Below, piece by piece: positions 38,646-47,703 of a DNA stretch of 64,000 nucleotides. The stretch covers positions 2,176,001 to 2,240,000 of the forward strand of contig OZ242318.1 of NCBI GenBank assembly GCA_965208105.1, written 5' to 3'. The translations under genes and the position numbers were made by a program. Each line of letters starts with the position of its first letter. Position 1 is the first letter of the stretch. This DNA comes from Candidatus Latescibacterota bacterium (lineage in GTDB: Bacteria; Latescibacterota; UBA2968; UBA8231). The notes beneath the pieces were generated by a model. The model made no database searches. It was not told the origin of the DNA and saw nothing but the letters and a program-made list of their open reading frames with translations.

Positions 38646-39704
38646 CTAGTAACCGTCCGGCGAGATGCGGAAGCGCGCCTCCCAGCCTTTGCCGTCCTCG
38701 GTCAGCCGGAAGGGATCGCCCTCGAGGTGGAAAAAGTCCCGCAGGTTGCGCGCCAGGATTTCGCGGCGCTTCTGGTTGCGGCGGTGGGCCCGGCGGCTGT
38801 CCCAGGCGATGACGCCGCCTTCCTCGGCGAAGGAGCGGAGCAGGTCCCATTGAACGGTCGGCTCCCCGTTCTTCCTGTTGGCCATGCCCATCTGGGTGTA
38901 GTTGCACACCCTGCGTTCCGCCTTCGCCTGCACCGAGACGGTGTGGCCGTCGGTGAACCGGATCGCCACGTCGCGCCAGGTGGCCCCGGGCGGGGTCGGG
39001 AAAAAGACCGTGGGACCTTCTTTTTTGGGTGACGGGAGGTTGGCCGCCCGCATCGGAGAGAGGACATGTTCGCGGGGCCGGAGGAGATGGAGCTTGCCGC
39101 CCCCGCCGACGACCACCTCTTCCGACAATGGAACGAACGCCGACTTCCGGCCCGTCAGCAGGCTTTCCAACCGCGGCGGGCAGAGATCGCGCGTGGGCGC
39201 CAGCAGGACCAGGGGCGTATCCGCGTGGCTGAGGAGATCGTGGACCACGCGGACGAAATCGTCCGGTTCGACCTGGACGGTCAGATAAACGGGAAAACGG
39301 AATCCGGCGCAGGGCGAGTAGGCCCCGGCTCGCAGGGTCTGGTAGAGACCGGTCTGGCAGTCCGGTTCTTCCTCCAGTTCGAAAACGCCGGCGAGCGCCC
39401 TGGCGACGACCGCCACATCCAGTTCGTAGACGGCGACGTCCGCTGGCTTCAGCGCGAAGGTCGGACAGCCACACTCCCATCGGCTGACCGCCACAAAATC
39501 GTCCCGCCCATGCTCGACCACGTCGTGGGCCCACCCGCAGCCGCTCCGCGCACAGGGATAGGAGCAGGCGCGCTTGCCGTTCGGCCGCAGAAACGGCCCG
39601 GCCGCGGCAGCGTCTTCTCCGAGCCGCGCGCGCCATTCCGCCTCAACCGCGGACAAGGCGGGCACGCTCTCCAACGCCTGCCAGAAGCCCGTTTTTGCCG
39701 TCAT
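38646..39704 (-). CDS. Hypothetical protein, third gene of the lexA operon
   Basis: ATGA-coupled to the upstream gene; Cys cluster; C-terminal basic segment possibly wHTH-like. Confidence 0.7.
   Translation of the reverse strand: MTAKTGFWQALESVPALSAVEAEWRARLGEDAAAAGPFLRPNGKRACSYPCARSGCGWAHDVVEHGRDDFVAVSRWECGCPTFALKPADVAVYELDVAVVARALAGVFELEEEPDCQTGLYQTLRAGAYSPCAGFRFPVYLTVQVEPDDFVRVVHDLLSHADTPLVLLAPTRDLCPPRLESLLTGRKSAFVPLSEEVVVGGGGKLHLLRPREHVLSPMRAANLPSPKKEGPTVFFPTPPGATWRDVAIRFTDGHTVSVQAKAERRVCNYTQMGMANRKNGEPTVQWDLLRSFAEEGGVIAWDSRRAHRRNQKRREILARNLRDFFHLEGDPFRLTEDGKGWEARFRISPDGY
38741..38769 (+). repeat. 29-bp perfect direct repeat (partner at 41742-41770)
   Basis: GCAGGTTGCGCGCCAGGATTTCGCGGCGC at both sites. 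Confidence 0.9.
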
Positions 39705-40855
39705 TGTCCAGAATCCGTGCAAATGAAGCCCCGTTTCCGCAGCCAGGTCTCCACCACGTCGGCGTCGCTGTCCCTGGCGTACTGGACCGTATTCGATGGG
39801 CTGATGGTCACCGAGCGGGCGGTCTTCGAGTCGTTGAACTTCACCTGAAAGCTGGCTCGAATGATGGGCGCCCTTGCGGGAATTCCGCGGCCCCCGCCTT
39901 CGAGCACGACGAAGAGATCGTTGGCCCTGCGGACCTCGACCTCCTTTTCCGTACCGCCGCGAAAGTAGCGGATTTCCTGGAGCCGCACCCAGTCCATCCC
40001 GTCGACGTCGGTGCAGACCACCGAGGCGGGGCCGTCGCGCCGCAAGGGCTCGAGGGAAAATTTGCAGGTGTCGGGAAAAAAGTCTTCGTCGGCGAACAGA
40101 TGACGGCCGAACAGCACCCGGTAGATGTCCCTTTCGCCCTTGCTGCAGGCGTGCATGCGGATTTCGCCCAGGACCGGCTCATAGACCAGCACGTCGTGCT
40201 TTTCCGGCCTGTAGAACACGCTCGAGGTCCGGCCCTCCTCGATGCTGCCTTCGCGCCGGAACGGATCGCCGTGGCGCACCAGAAACCAGATCGAATCGTT
40301 CTTCGAGTAGGCGAAAACGCGAGAAACCCGGCCGCGCTTCCTGCGCTCGAACCAGTCGTCCAGGTCCTTCTCCAGCGCCGCCAGCCTCCGTCGTGAAGGC
40401 CATCTGAACGGGGGCACCGGCCGAACCGTGGTGCGAAAGTACTGAAAGCACCGCGGTCGGACGAGATAGCGCTCGGCGTGGGTGCGCTCCAGGAGCACCC
40501 GGTCCTGGAGGTAGACCTGGACCGCGACGTCAGCGGCGGTCGGGTCTGGAGGTCCTTCCAATACAACACCATGGTTCTCGGCCACATCCAACAGGACCTC
40601 CATGCCTTCTTGGGTGGCCATCTCGTGCACGAGGAAGAGAGCCTCGAGCAGCTCTTCGGGCGTGTCCCTCCCCGGACTCATGAGCACGGCAACCAGTCGG
40701 TCGTAGTCCAGGCCGGCCTCGGACGATTGAGGCAGCGTCAATTCCCGGCCGCCGAGGTAGGACCGGTAGGGCTCCAGGAAGGCCAGAAGGCACCCCGGCG
40801 AGATGGCCTTGAGACCGTCGGCATGGGCGAAGCGGCGGAGACTGTATACTGCCAT
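39701..40855 (-). CDS. Hypothetical protein, second gene of the lexA operon
   Basis: 384-aa ORF with an AGGAG RBS directly downstream of lexA. Confidence 0.75.
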   Translation of the reverse strand: MAVYSLRRFAHADGLKAISPGCLLAFLEPYRSYLGGRELTLPQSSEAGLDYDRLVAVLMSPGRDTPEELLEALFLVHEMATQEGMEVLLDVAENHGVVLEGPPDPTAADVAVQVYLQDRVLLERTHAERYLVRPRCFQYFRTTVRPVPPFRWPSRRRLAALEKDLDDWFERRKRGRVSRVFAYSKNDSIWFLVRHGDPFRREGSIEEGRTSSVFYRPEKHDVLVYEPVLGEIRMHACSKGERDIYRVLFGRHLFADEDFFPDTCKFSLEPLRRDGPASVVCTDVDGMDWVRLQEIRYFRGGTEKEVEVRRANDLFVVLEGGGRGIPARAPIIRASFQVKFNDSKTARSVTISPSNTVQYARDSDADVVETWLRKRGFICTDSGQ

Positions 40856-40881
40856 CGGTCGATACTCTCCTGTCCGAATCT

Positions 40882-41550
40882 TCAGGTTGATTTCTTCGTG
40901 GGGGGGTTCGTCCCGGGCCGGCTGACGGCGACCACCTTGCCCAGGATGCGCAATCCGTCATCGGGCCCGATGGCTCTGGGAGGGTATTCCGGATTTTCGG
41001 ACCGCAGCTCGATGCGTTCGTCGTGGATGAAGAGCCGCTTGACGGTGGAATCTTCACCCAGCAGAGCCACGACGATGTCTCCGCTTTCCGCCACCGGCTG
41101 TTCCCTGACCACGACCAGGTCCCGGTCGTGGATGCCGGCACCTGTCATGCTGTCGCCCTGGACTTCCAGCGCGAAGCAGCGACCGGAGCGGGCGGCGCGG
41201 CTGTCCACCAGGACCTCGCCGACGATATTCTCCTGCGCCAGGACCGGCTGGCCGGCGGCCACCTCGCCGACGATGGGAACGGCCAGCAGGTCGAGCACCT
41301 CATCCACCGGCTCGCGCGCGATGGCGAGGCCGCGGGCCTTTCCCGACTCCCGCCTCAGGTAGCCCTTGCGCACCAGTTGATTGACCTGGTCACGCGCGCT
41401 CGGAGGTGATATCCCCAGGATATCCGCAAGTTCCTGGATGGTCGGAGGAAACCCCTGCCGGCCGATGAAAAGTCCCAGTTCCCGCAGTGTTCGGCGCTGG
41501 GGACCGGTGATTTCCTCAACGCGGGGTCGGCCTCTGGTCGGACCAGTCAT
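40882..41550 (-). CDS. lexA: LexA-like repressor (HTH plus S24 peptidase)
   Basis: GFPPTIQELA, VGEVAAGQP cleavage site, VQGDSM, TVKRL; GGAGG RBS; probably element-borne. Confidence 0.9.
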   Translation of the reverse strand: MTGPTRGRPRVEEITGPQRRTLRELGLFIGRQGFPPTIQELADILGISPPSARDQVNQLVRKGYLRRESGKARGLAIAREPVDEVLDLLAVPIVGEVAAGQPVLAQENIVGEVLVDSRAARSGRCFALEVQGDSMTGAGIHDRDLVVVREQPVAESGDIVVALLGEDSTVKRLFIHDERIELRSENPEYPPRAIGPDDGLRILGKVVAVSRPGTNPPTKKST

Positions 41551-41692
41551 GGCAAATCCTCCCTCAAGAGAAATCGCGGTGGGTCGTGGCCATGGATTGC
41601 AAGCAGGGAGCATCTGCCGCACCGGCAGCGAACCAGTAGTGCCGCGAATACGGAGAGCAAGCCTGCTCTCCTTGCCCTGTCTACGGGGAATG

Positions 41693-41721
41693 ACAATAAG
41701 ACCTTTCATATAAAAGGTCAA
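41693..41721 (-). promoter_or_regulatory. lexA promoter with an overlapping palindromic operator
   Basis: TTGACC-17-TATTGT on the minus strand; palindrome GACCTTT-N6-AAAGGTC at 41700-41719; adjacent A-tract. Confidence 0.7.
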
Positions 41722-41878
41722 TATAAAAATAAAAAAGGTTGGCAGGTTGCGCGCCAGGATTTCGCGGCGCAATTCTTGCCCAATACATGAAGGCGGAAGG
41801 GAAATGAAAAGCCCCCGAGAATGCTGTTCTCGGAGGCTCAAGCTGACCGGAAGGTGCCGCAACGGGCGGGCGGTTTTC

Positions 41879-41954
41879 TGGTGCGCCCACAGGGACTCGA
41901 ACCCCGGACCCGCTGATTAAGAGTCAGCCGCTCTACCAACTGAGCTATAGGCGC
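41879..41954 (-). tRNA. tRNA-Lys (CTT)
   Basis: GCGCCTATAGCTCAGTTGGTAGAGCGGCTGACTCTTAATCAGCGGGTCCGGGGTTCGAGTCCCTGTGGGCGCACCA, 76 nt, CCA encoded. Confidence 0.98.
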
Positions 41955-41975
41955 ACTGCATTTTGAAGGGTCCCG

Positions 41976-42004
41976 AAAATAGCCGAAGATCACCCCATTG
42001 TCAA
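41976..42004 (-). promoter_or_regulatory. tRNA promoter
   Basis: TTGACA-17-TATTTT. Confidence 0.65.
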
Positions 42005-42071
42005 GAGTCCCCCCGGCTGCGCGGGGCGGCTGGCAACGGCCCCTCGAGCGCTCGGCACGGGCTGCGAACTC

Positions 42072-42100
42072 TTGACATTCATTGCCCCGCACCGTAAAAT
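42072..42100 (+). promoter_or_regulatory. Promoter of the TPR-efp-gcvH operon
   Basis: TTGACA-17-TAAAAT. Confidence 0.7.
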
Positions 42101-42137
42101 AGGCGCCCAAAATCAACTTCAGGCCTCTCCTCCGACC

Positions 42138-43139
42138 ATGGCTTTGAGACTCTCGCAACTGAAAAAGACCTACCGCCGCTATCCCAAATCGATTCTCTTC
42201 GCCCACCTGGCCGATCTCTACCTCCACAAGAACCAGGTATCTCGCGCCCTTTCCTTGTGCAGGGCCGGGTGCGAGCAATTTCCCCACTACGCCACCGGCT
42301 TTACCATTCTGAGCAGGTGTCACCAGGCTCGCGGCGACCTCGAAGAGGCCCGGGCCGCCCAGCAAAGGGCCCTGGACCTGGATCCGGAAAACCCTGGCGG
42401 CCTCGTGCGCCTGGCCGAAATCTTTCATGACCAGGGACGCTCGGCCCAGGCCCTGGAGTCCCTGCAGCAAGCTGCCAGCCTCGCCGATCTCAGCCAGGAG
42501 GCCATGGATCTTATGGACCGGCTGACCTACGCGCAGAGGGTGGAGTCCACCCGCGCCGGAATTGATGGCCTGCTCGACAACGAAACCCAACTCGACGCCC
42601 TGGCTCTCGAGATGGAACGCGAAGAACCGGACGGAGGTGATTCCCGGATTAGGGAACCGGATCCTGCTCCAGAGAGCGCTCCCCCCTCGGCGAACAGTTC
42701 CGACAACGGCACGGCCCCGGGGCCGGATGCGGGAGACCAACCCGAAGCTGCCGACCTGGCGGCCGGCAGTCTCACGGACCCTGTCGAGGAAGGGGATGGA
42801 CATGCCGCCCATCTGGCGGACTCTGCGGAAGAGGCGGACCTGGACTTCCAGGACGGGCAGCTCGCGGACTCTGAAGAGGATGCGGCTTGCGAATCCCCGA
42901 AGCCTGGAGACGACGAACTGCTCCACCTCTTTCAGGAGATCGAAGACCGGGAAGAGGGAGAAATGACGGCGGAGGCCGCCAAGCCGGCGAGCCAGGATCA
43001 CCCCATCCCCACCGCAACCCTGGCGCAAATCTACTCCGACCAGGGTATGGTTCAGCGCGCCGCCGACACCTACAGGCAGGTCCTGGCAAGGGACCCTGGC
43101 AACAAGGAAATCAGGCGCAGGCTGGCCGATTTGGAATGA
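42138..43139 (+). CDS. TPR protein with an acidic disordered linker
   Basis: N-terminal TPRs; C-terminal TATLAQIYSDQG...YRQVL TPR. Confidence 0.8.
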   Translation: MALRLSQLKKTYRRYPKSILFAHLADLYLHKNQVSRALSLCRAGCEQFPHYATGFTILSRCHQARGDLEEARAAQQRALDLDPENPGGLVRLAEIFHDQGRSAQALESLQQAASLADLSQEAMDLMDRLTYAQRVESTRAGIDGLLDNETQLDALALEMEREEPDGGDSRIREPDPAPESAPPSANSSDNGTAPGPDAGDQPEAADLAAGSLTDPVEEGDGHAAHLADSAEEADLDFQDGQLADSEEDAACESPKPGDDELLHLFQEIEDREEGEMTAEAAKPASQDHPIPTATLAQIYSDQGMVQRAADTYRQVLARDPGNKEIRRRLADLE

Positions 43140-43163
43140 TCTGACAGGAGAGTTTCACACCAC

Positions 43164-43721
43164 ATGGCGGACACAAGCAACTTCAGAAACGGCTACACCA
43201 TTCGTCTGGGAGCGGCGGTCTATTCCATCTCCGAATTCCAGCACGTGAAACCGGGCAAAGGGGGCGCTTTCGTGCGCACCAAACTCAAGAACGTGCAGAC
43301 CGGCGCCGTCCTCGACCGCACCTTCCGGTCCGGAGAGAAGGTGGAGGAGGTGCGCATAGAGAAGCACGAGATGCAGTTCCTCTACCGCGAGGGAGACCTG
43401 TACTACTTCATGGACAACCAGACCTACGAGCAGCTGCCCGTCGAAGCGGGCCTGGTGGGGGCCTGTTCCGAACTGCTCAAGGAAAACGATACGGCCTTCG
43501 TGCTGCTGGCCGAAAACGAAACCATCGGAGTCGAGTTGCCCAATTTTGTTCAACTTGAGGTCGTCCACACCGAACCCGGGGTCAAGGGCGATACCGCCAC
43601 CGGCGCCGTCAAGCCTGCCACCCTGGAGACCGGGGCCGTGGTCTCGGTCCCCCTCTTTGTCCAGCAGGGAGACACTCTCAAGATCGATACCCGCACGGGC
43701 GAGTACGTTGAACGGGCGTAA
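43164..43721 (+). CDS. efp: Elongation factor P
   Basis: HVKPGKGGAFVRTKLKN, PGVKGDTA, VPLFV. Confidence 0.98.
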   Translation: MADTSNFRNGYTIRLGAAVYSISEFQHVKPGKGGAFVRTKLKNVQTGAVLDRTFRSGEKVEEVRIEKHEMQFLYREGDLYYFMDNQTYEQLPVEAGLVGACSELLKENDTAFVLLAENETIGVELPNFVQLEVVHTEPGVKGDTATGAVKPATLETGAVVSVPLFVQQGDTLKIDTRTGEYVERA

Positions 43722-43754
43722 CCGCTGCCATTCAGGGTAGAGCGGAGGTATGCA

Positions 43755-44147
43755 ATGAGCGCGACCCACATACCGGAAAATCTGACCTACAGTGAAGAAC
43801 ACGAGTGGATATCTCGTGAAGGCGACATATGCACGGTCGGCATTACCGACTACGCCCAGTCGGAGCTGGGTGACATCGTCTTCGTGGAGCTGCCCGAGGC
43901 GGGCGACTACCTCAAACTGGGACAGACCTTCGGAACCGTAGAAGCCGTCAAGACGGTGTCCGACCTCTTCGCACCCGCATCCGGCGAGGTAGTGGAGGTG
44001 AACCACAGCCTTGAAGAAGATGCCGAGCAGGTCAACTCCGATCCCTACGGAGTTGGGTGGATGATCAAGATCCGCTGCGAGGACGAGGACGAACTGAGCC
44101 AACTGCTGAGCCCCGAGGATTACGCCCAACTGGTCGCCGGGTCCTGA
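43755..44147 (+). CDS. gcvH: Glycine cleavage system H protein
   Basis: GITDYAQSELGDIVFVELP, VEAVKTVSD (lipoyl Lys). Confidence 0.97.
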   Translation: MSATHIPENLTYSEEHEWISREGDICTVGITDYAQSELGDIVFVELPEAGDYLKLGQTFGTVEAVKTVSDLFAPASGEVVEVNHSLEEDAEQVNSDPYGVGWMIKIRCEDEDELSQLLSPEDYAQLVAGS

Positions 44148-44283
44148 AAATCCGCCCGGAATCCCCTCCGCAGCTCCGCGATTCTCCTCTTCCCGCCTGC
44201 ATGTGCGATCTTGTTTTCCCGCAATATAATAGGTATAATATTAGCTTTTGTTTCGCTGCGCTCTCCTCACGCGGGTAATTCCC

Positions 44284-44790
44284 ATGCTGTTGAGTAAAAG
44301 CGTACTGGTGCTGAACCAGAACTACGAACCGCTGAACGTCTGCAGCGTGCGCCGCGCCCTGATCCTAATTCTGCGCGGCAAGGCCCAGGCGGTTGAAATT
44401 GCGGAGGAAGTCATCCACTCGGTGAGGCAGAACTTCCCGGTCCCCAGCGTGGTCCGGCTGGAGCGCTACATTCACGCGCCCCGCCGGCGCGTGGTGCTCT
44501 CCAAGCGCAACGTGTTCAAGCGCGACAACTACCAGTGCCAGTATTGCGGGGGAAAAGAGGCCAAATTGACCCTCGATCACGTCGTTCCCCGCAAATTCGG
44601 CGGTCAGTCCACCTGGGAGAACCTGGTCTGCGCCTGTGCCCGCTGCAACAACAAAAAAGGCGAGCACCACCCCGAGTTCGTCGGGCTGAAATTGAGGAGC
44701 AAGCCCAAGCGTCCCAACAACGTGAGCTTCATCCGCAACTTCGTGGGGATCAGGGACCACAACTGGAAGCCCTATCTGTTCGTGGACTGA
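44284..44790 (+). CDS. HNH endonuclease (McrA-like)
   Basis: VLVLNQNYEPL, RDNYQCQYCG, TLDHVVPR, CARCNNKKG. Confidence 0.92.
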   Translation: MLLSKSVLVLNQNYEPLNVCSVRRALILILRGKAQAVEIAEEVIHSVRQNFPVPSVVRLERYIHAPRRRVVLSKRNVFKRDNYQCQYCGGKEAKLTLDHVVPRKFGGQSTWENLVCACARCNNKKGEHHPEFVGLKLRSKPKRPNNVSFIRNFVGIRDHNWKPYLFVD

Positions 44791-44802
44791 GGAGAGGTTT
44801 GA

Positions 44803-45570
44803 ATGGAGCATACCTTGGAGGAACGAGCCCCATACGAGATTAAACTCGAGGTCTTCGAGGGGCCACTCGACCTGCTGCTCTATCTCATCCGCAAGGACGA
44901 GCTCGATATTTACGACATACCCATAGCCCGCATCACGGCGCAGTATCTCGGATTTCTGGGACAGATCCACCGCCTCGACCTGGAGCAGGCCGGGGACTTC
45001 GTTCTGATGGCTGCGACCTTGATGAAGATAAAGGCGCAGCTACTGCTGCCGCGCCCCGAGACCGCGGACGAAGAAGGGGGCGAGGACCCCCGCGCCGAGT
45101 TGGTCCGCCGGCTGCTGGAGTACCAGCAGTTCAAGGAAATCGCCGACTGGCTGGGCATTCAAAAACAGGCCCGGCGCGGCATCTACCTGCACCGGAGCCA
45201 GGCACAGCCGACCGGAGAAGAAGGTGCGGGCCTTCGCCCGGTGTCTCTCTTCGAGCTCCTGAGTGTCTACAAGCAGGTGCTGGAGGCGGTCCCGGACGTG
45301 CTCGTTCACCGCATTGTCGAAGCGGAGGTCTCGACCGAGGAATGCATCGAGCGCGTCCTGGCCTTGCTGGAGCGGCGCTCCCGCCTGCGCTTTCTCGACC
45401 TGATTCAGGGAAGGGGCCGGGAGACTCTGATCGCCACCTTCATCGGCCTGCTGGAACTGCTCAAGTCGCAGCGAGTCCGGGTCCAGCAGGCGCGGCCCTT
45501 CGATGACATCTGGATCGAAAGACAGGCCGGATTATCCGTTGCCCGGGAAGAAGGCGGGAGAACGACTTGA
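44803..45570 (+). CDS. scpA: Segregation and condensation protein A
   Basis: FEGPLDLLLYLI, DPRAELVRRLLEY. Confidence 0.96.
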   Translation: MEHTLEERAPYEIKLEVFEGPLDLLLYLIRKDELDIYDIPIARITAQYLGFLGQIHRLDLEQAGDFVLMAATLMKIKAQLLLPRPETADEEGGEDPRAELVRRLLEYQQFKEIADWLGIQKQARRGIYLHRSQAQPTGEEGAGLRPVSLFELLSVYKQVLEAVPDVLVHRIVEAEVSTEECIERVLALLERRSRLRFLDLIQGRGRETLIATFIGLLELLKSQRVRVQQARPFDDIWIERQAGLSVAREEGGRTT

Positions 45571-46226
45571 CAGCCCCTGCCGTCGAAGCTGATCAGGTCC
45601 GGTCCGTCATCGAGGCGGTCTTGATGAGCGCCGAGAACCCGGTAAGCCCGGGCAAGCTGGCCGCGCTCTTCGACGGGGTCGACGGAAGGGACGTGCGCGC
45701 CGCCATCGACGCCCTCAAAAGTCGCTACGAAGAGGGCGGGCACGCATTTACGATCGTCGAACTCGCGGGCGGCTTCCAATTGGCCACGCGCAAGGAATAC
45801 GGAGCCTGGGTGCGCAAGTATCACAGGGGCCGCAACCAAGAGGTCCGGCTCTCTCAAGCAGGTCTCGAGACCCTGGCCATCGTGGCATACAAACAGCCCA
45901 TTACCCGCATCGAGGTGGATCATATCCGGGGAGTACACTCCGGAGGGGTTATTCACACTCTGATGGAACACAACCTGGTGCGCCTCGTCGGCCGTTCCGA
46001 CGGCATCGGCAGGCCCATGCTCTTCGGCACGACAAGGGAGTTTCTCGCACACTTTGGCCTCAAGAGCCTGGCAGACCTTCCCAAGCCGAAGGAATTGGAG
46101 GAACTCCTCGGCGGCGGCGAGGGCAGGGTCCTGGAGCAACTGGGTCTCGACCTGCCCCAACAAGAGGACCTTTCTGCGCCCGGCGAGGCTGAAAATGACG
46201 GCGGCATGGAAAATGAAACCGGATAA
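45567..46226 (+). CDS. scpB: Segregation and condensation protein B
   Basis: LSQAGLETLAIVAYKQPITR, GRPMLFGTT. Confidence 0.96.
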   Translation: MTAPAVEADQVRSVIEAVLMSAENPVSPGKLAALFDGVDGRDVRAAIDALKSRYEEGGHAFTIVELAGGFQLATRKEYGAWVRKYHRGRNQEVRLSQAGLETLAIVAYKQPITRIEVDHIRGVHSGGVIHTLMEHNLVRLVGRSDGIGRPMLFGTTREFLAHFGLKSLADLPKPKELEELLGGGEGRVLEQLGLDLPQQEDLSAPGEAENDGGMENETG

Positions 46227-47001
46227 TTCCACGGCGCCGCCCATGCGTCTGAACCGCTATTTGGCGCGAGCCGGAGTCGCCTCCAGGAGAAAGAGCGACG
46301 ACCTGATTCGCAGCGGCACCGTGGCAGTCAACGGAAACGTCGTGGAGGAGCCGGGCCACAGCATCGTCGACGGCTGGGACCACGTCGCCGTTGACGGCCG
46401 CCCGGTCGTCCTTCCGGCCTCCTTCGAGTACATCGCCATGCACAAGCCGGCCTCGTGCCTGACCACCCGCCGCGATGAACGCGGTCGTCCCACGGTCTTC
46501 GAGTATCTCGACGGCCTGCGCCCGGGCACCGTGACCGTGGGCAGGCTCGACCTCGACACCACGGGGCTCCTTCTGCTTACCGACGACGGAGAGCTCGCCT
46601 ATCGCCTCATGCATCCCCGCTTCAAGGTGGAGAAGCATTACGAGGCATTGGTCGAAGGGGTTCCGACGGATGATGCTCTGAAGCATCTGCGCCGCGGCAT
46701 CCGGCTGGATGACGGAATGACCGCCCCCGCCCAGGTGCGGGTGCTCCGGCGCCGGCACGGTCTCAGCGGCATGGAGACGCGGCTCGAACTCTGTATCCGG
46801 GAAGGCCGCAAGCGCCAGGTCAAGCGCATGTTCAAGGCGCTGGGCCACCCGGTCGTGGAACTGGCGCGAACCCGGTTCGCGGGCCTCGCCCTGGACGGGC
46901 TCGAGGCCGGACGCTGGCGGCGCCTCAAGGCCGGTGAAATACGGCACCTGCGTTCCCTTGTGGGCCTGGAAGTAACGCAATGCGACGCCCGGGGGGCCTG
47001 A
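46213..47001 (+). CDS. rluB: 23S rRNA pseudouridine synthase (RluB/RsuA family)
   Basis: S4 domain RLNRYLA..GVASRR; VGRLDLDTTGLLLLT; EGRKRQVKRM. Confidence 0.9.
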   Translation: MKPDNSTAPPMRLNRYLARAGVASRRKSDDLIRSGTVAVNGNVVEEPGHSIVDGWDHVAVDGRPVVLPASFEYIAMHKPASCLTTRRDERGRPTVFEYLDGLRPGTVTVGRLDLDTTGLLLLTDDGELAYRLMHPRFKVEKHYEALVEGVPTDDALKHLRRGIRLDDGMTAPAQVRVLRRRHGLSGMETRLELCIREGRKRQVKRMFKALGHPVVELARTRFAGLALDGLEAGRWRRLKAGEIRHLRSLVGLEVTQCDARGA

Positions 47002-47660
47002 CCATTGCCATAGACGGCGTCGTCGGAGTGGGTAAGACCACCACGGCGCGGCAGGTTGCCGCCGCCCTGGGCTACAGTCATATGGACACCGGTGCCATGT
47101 ACCGGGCGGTAACCCTGGCCGCCATGCGCAGGGACATAGCCGCCGACCAGGAGGAAGCCCTCGGCGGCCTCCTCGCAAGCCTGAGCATCGAGCTGCAACC
47201 GCGCGGCGAGTGCAGCCGCGTCCTCCTCAACGGCGAGGACATCAGCTCGGCCATCCGCCAACCAGAGGTGACCCGGCGGGTGGGACCCTACGCCGACGCC
47301 CCCGTCGTGCGCCGCGCCCTCGTAGCCCAGCAACGGAGAATGGGCGACCAGGGCGGGGTGGTAGCCGAAGGCCGCGACATGGGCAGCGTCGTCTTTCCCG
47401 AGGCCGAGCTCAAGGTACTGATGGTCGCCGACTTGGAGGAACGCGCGCGCCGGCGTCACCGGGAATTAAGTGAAAAGGGGGTGAAACTCTCTCTGGAGCA
47501 AGTCAAGTCAAGTATCCGCGCGCGCGACCGCGCCGACAGCGCGCGCGATTACGGCGCCGAGCACGACCCGGACGAGACCATCGAGCTCGACACCACCCAC
47601 CTGACGATGGAGGAGCAGGTCGGCCGCATCGTCTGCTGGGCGCGCGAACGCGGCGCTTGA
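46980..47660 (+). CDS. cmk: Cytidylate kinase
   Basis: IAIDGVVGVGKTT, DTGAMYRA, VAEGRDMG. Confidence 0.95.
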   Translation: MRRPGGLTIAIDGVVGVGKTTTARQVAAALGYSHMDTGAMYRAVTLAAMRRDIAADQEEALGGLLASLSIELQPRGECSRVLLNGEDISSAIRQPEVTRRVGPYADAPVVRRALVAQQRRMGDQGGVVAEGRDMGSVVFPEAELKVLMVADLEERARRRHRELSEKGVKLSLEQVKSSIRARDRADSARDYGAEHDPDETIELDTTHLTMEEQVGRIVCWARERGA

Positions 47661-47703
47661 AACGGCAATTCAATCGCGAAACCCACACCATAAGGAACCG
47701 ACA

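Larger units (their letters stand above)
20100..41878. mobile_element. Degraded genomic island/prophage-like element adjacent to the tRNA-Lys 3' end (left boundary approximate)
   Basis: LexA-like repressor, sigma-like gene, KilA-N, IS3 and IS1595 remnants, internal duplications and an AT-richer core; no integrase or clear att duplication seen. Confidence 0.75.

Noticed and set aside
20000-42000. CRISPR array or cas genes
   Set aside because: No regularly spaced short repeats with unique spacers; the repeats are few and belong to segmental duplications.
44284-44790. HNH nuclease as a defence or RNA-guided effector
   Set aside because: It is a standalone small HNH type in housekeeping context, with no adjacent array, methylase or ncRNA.
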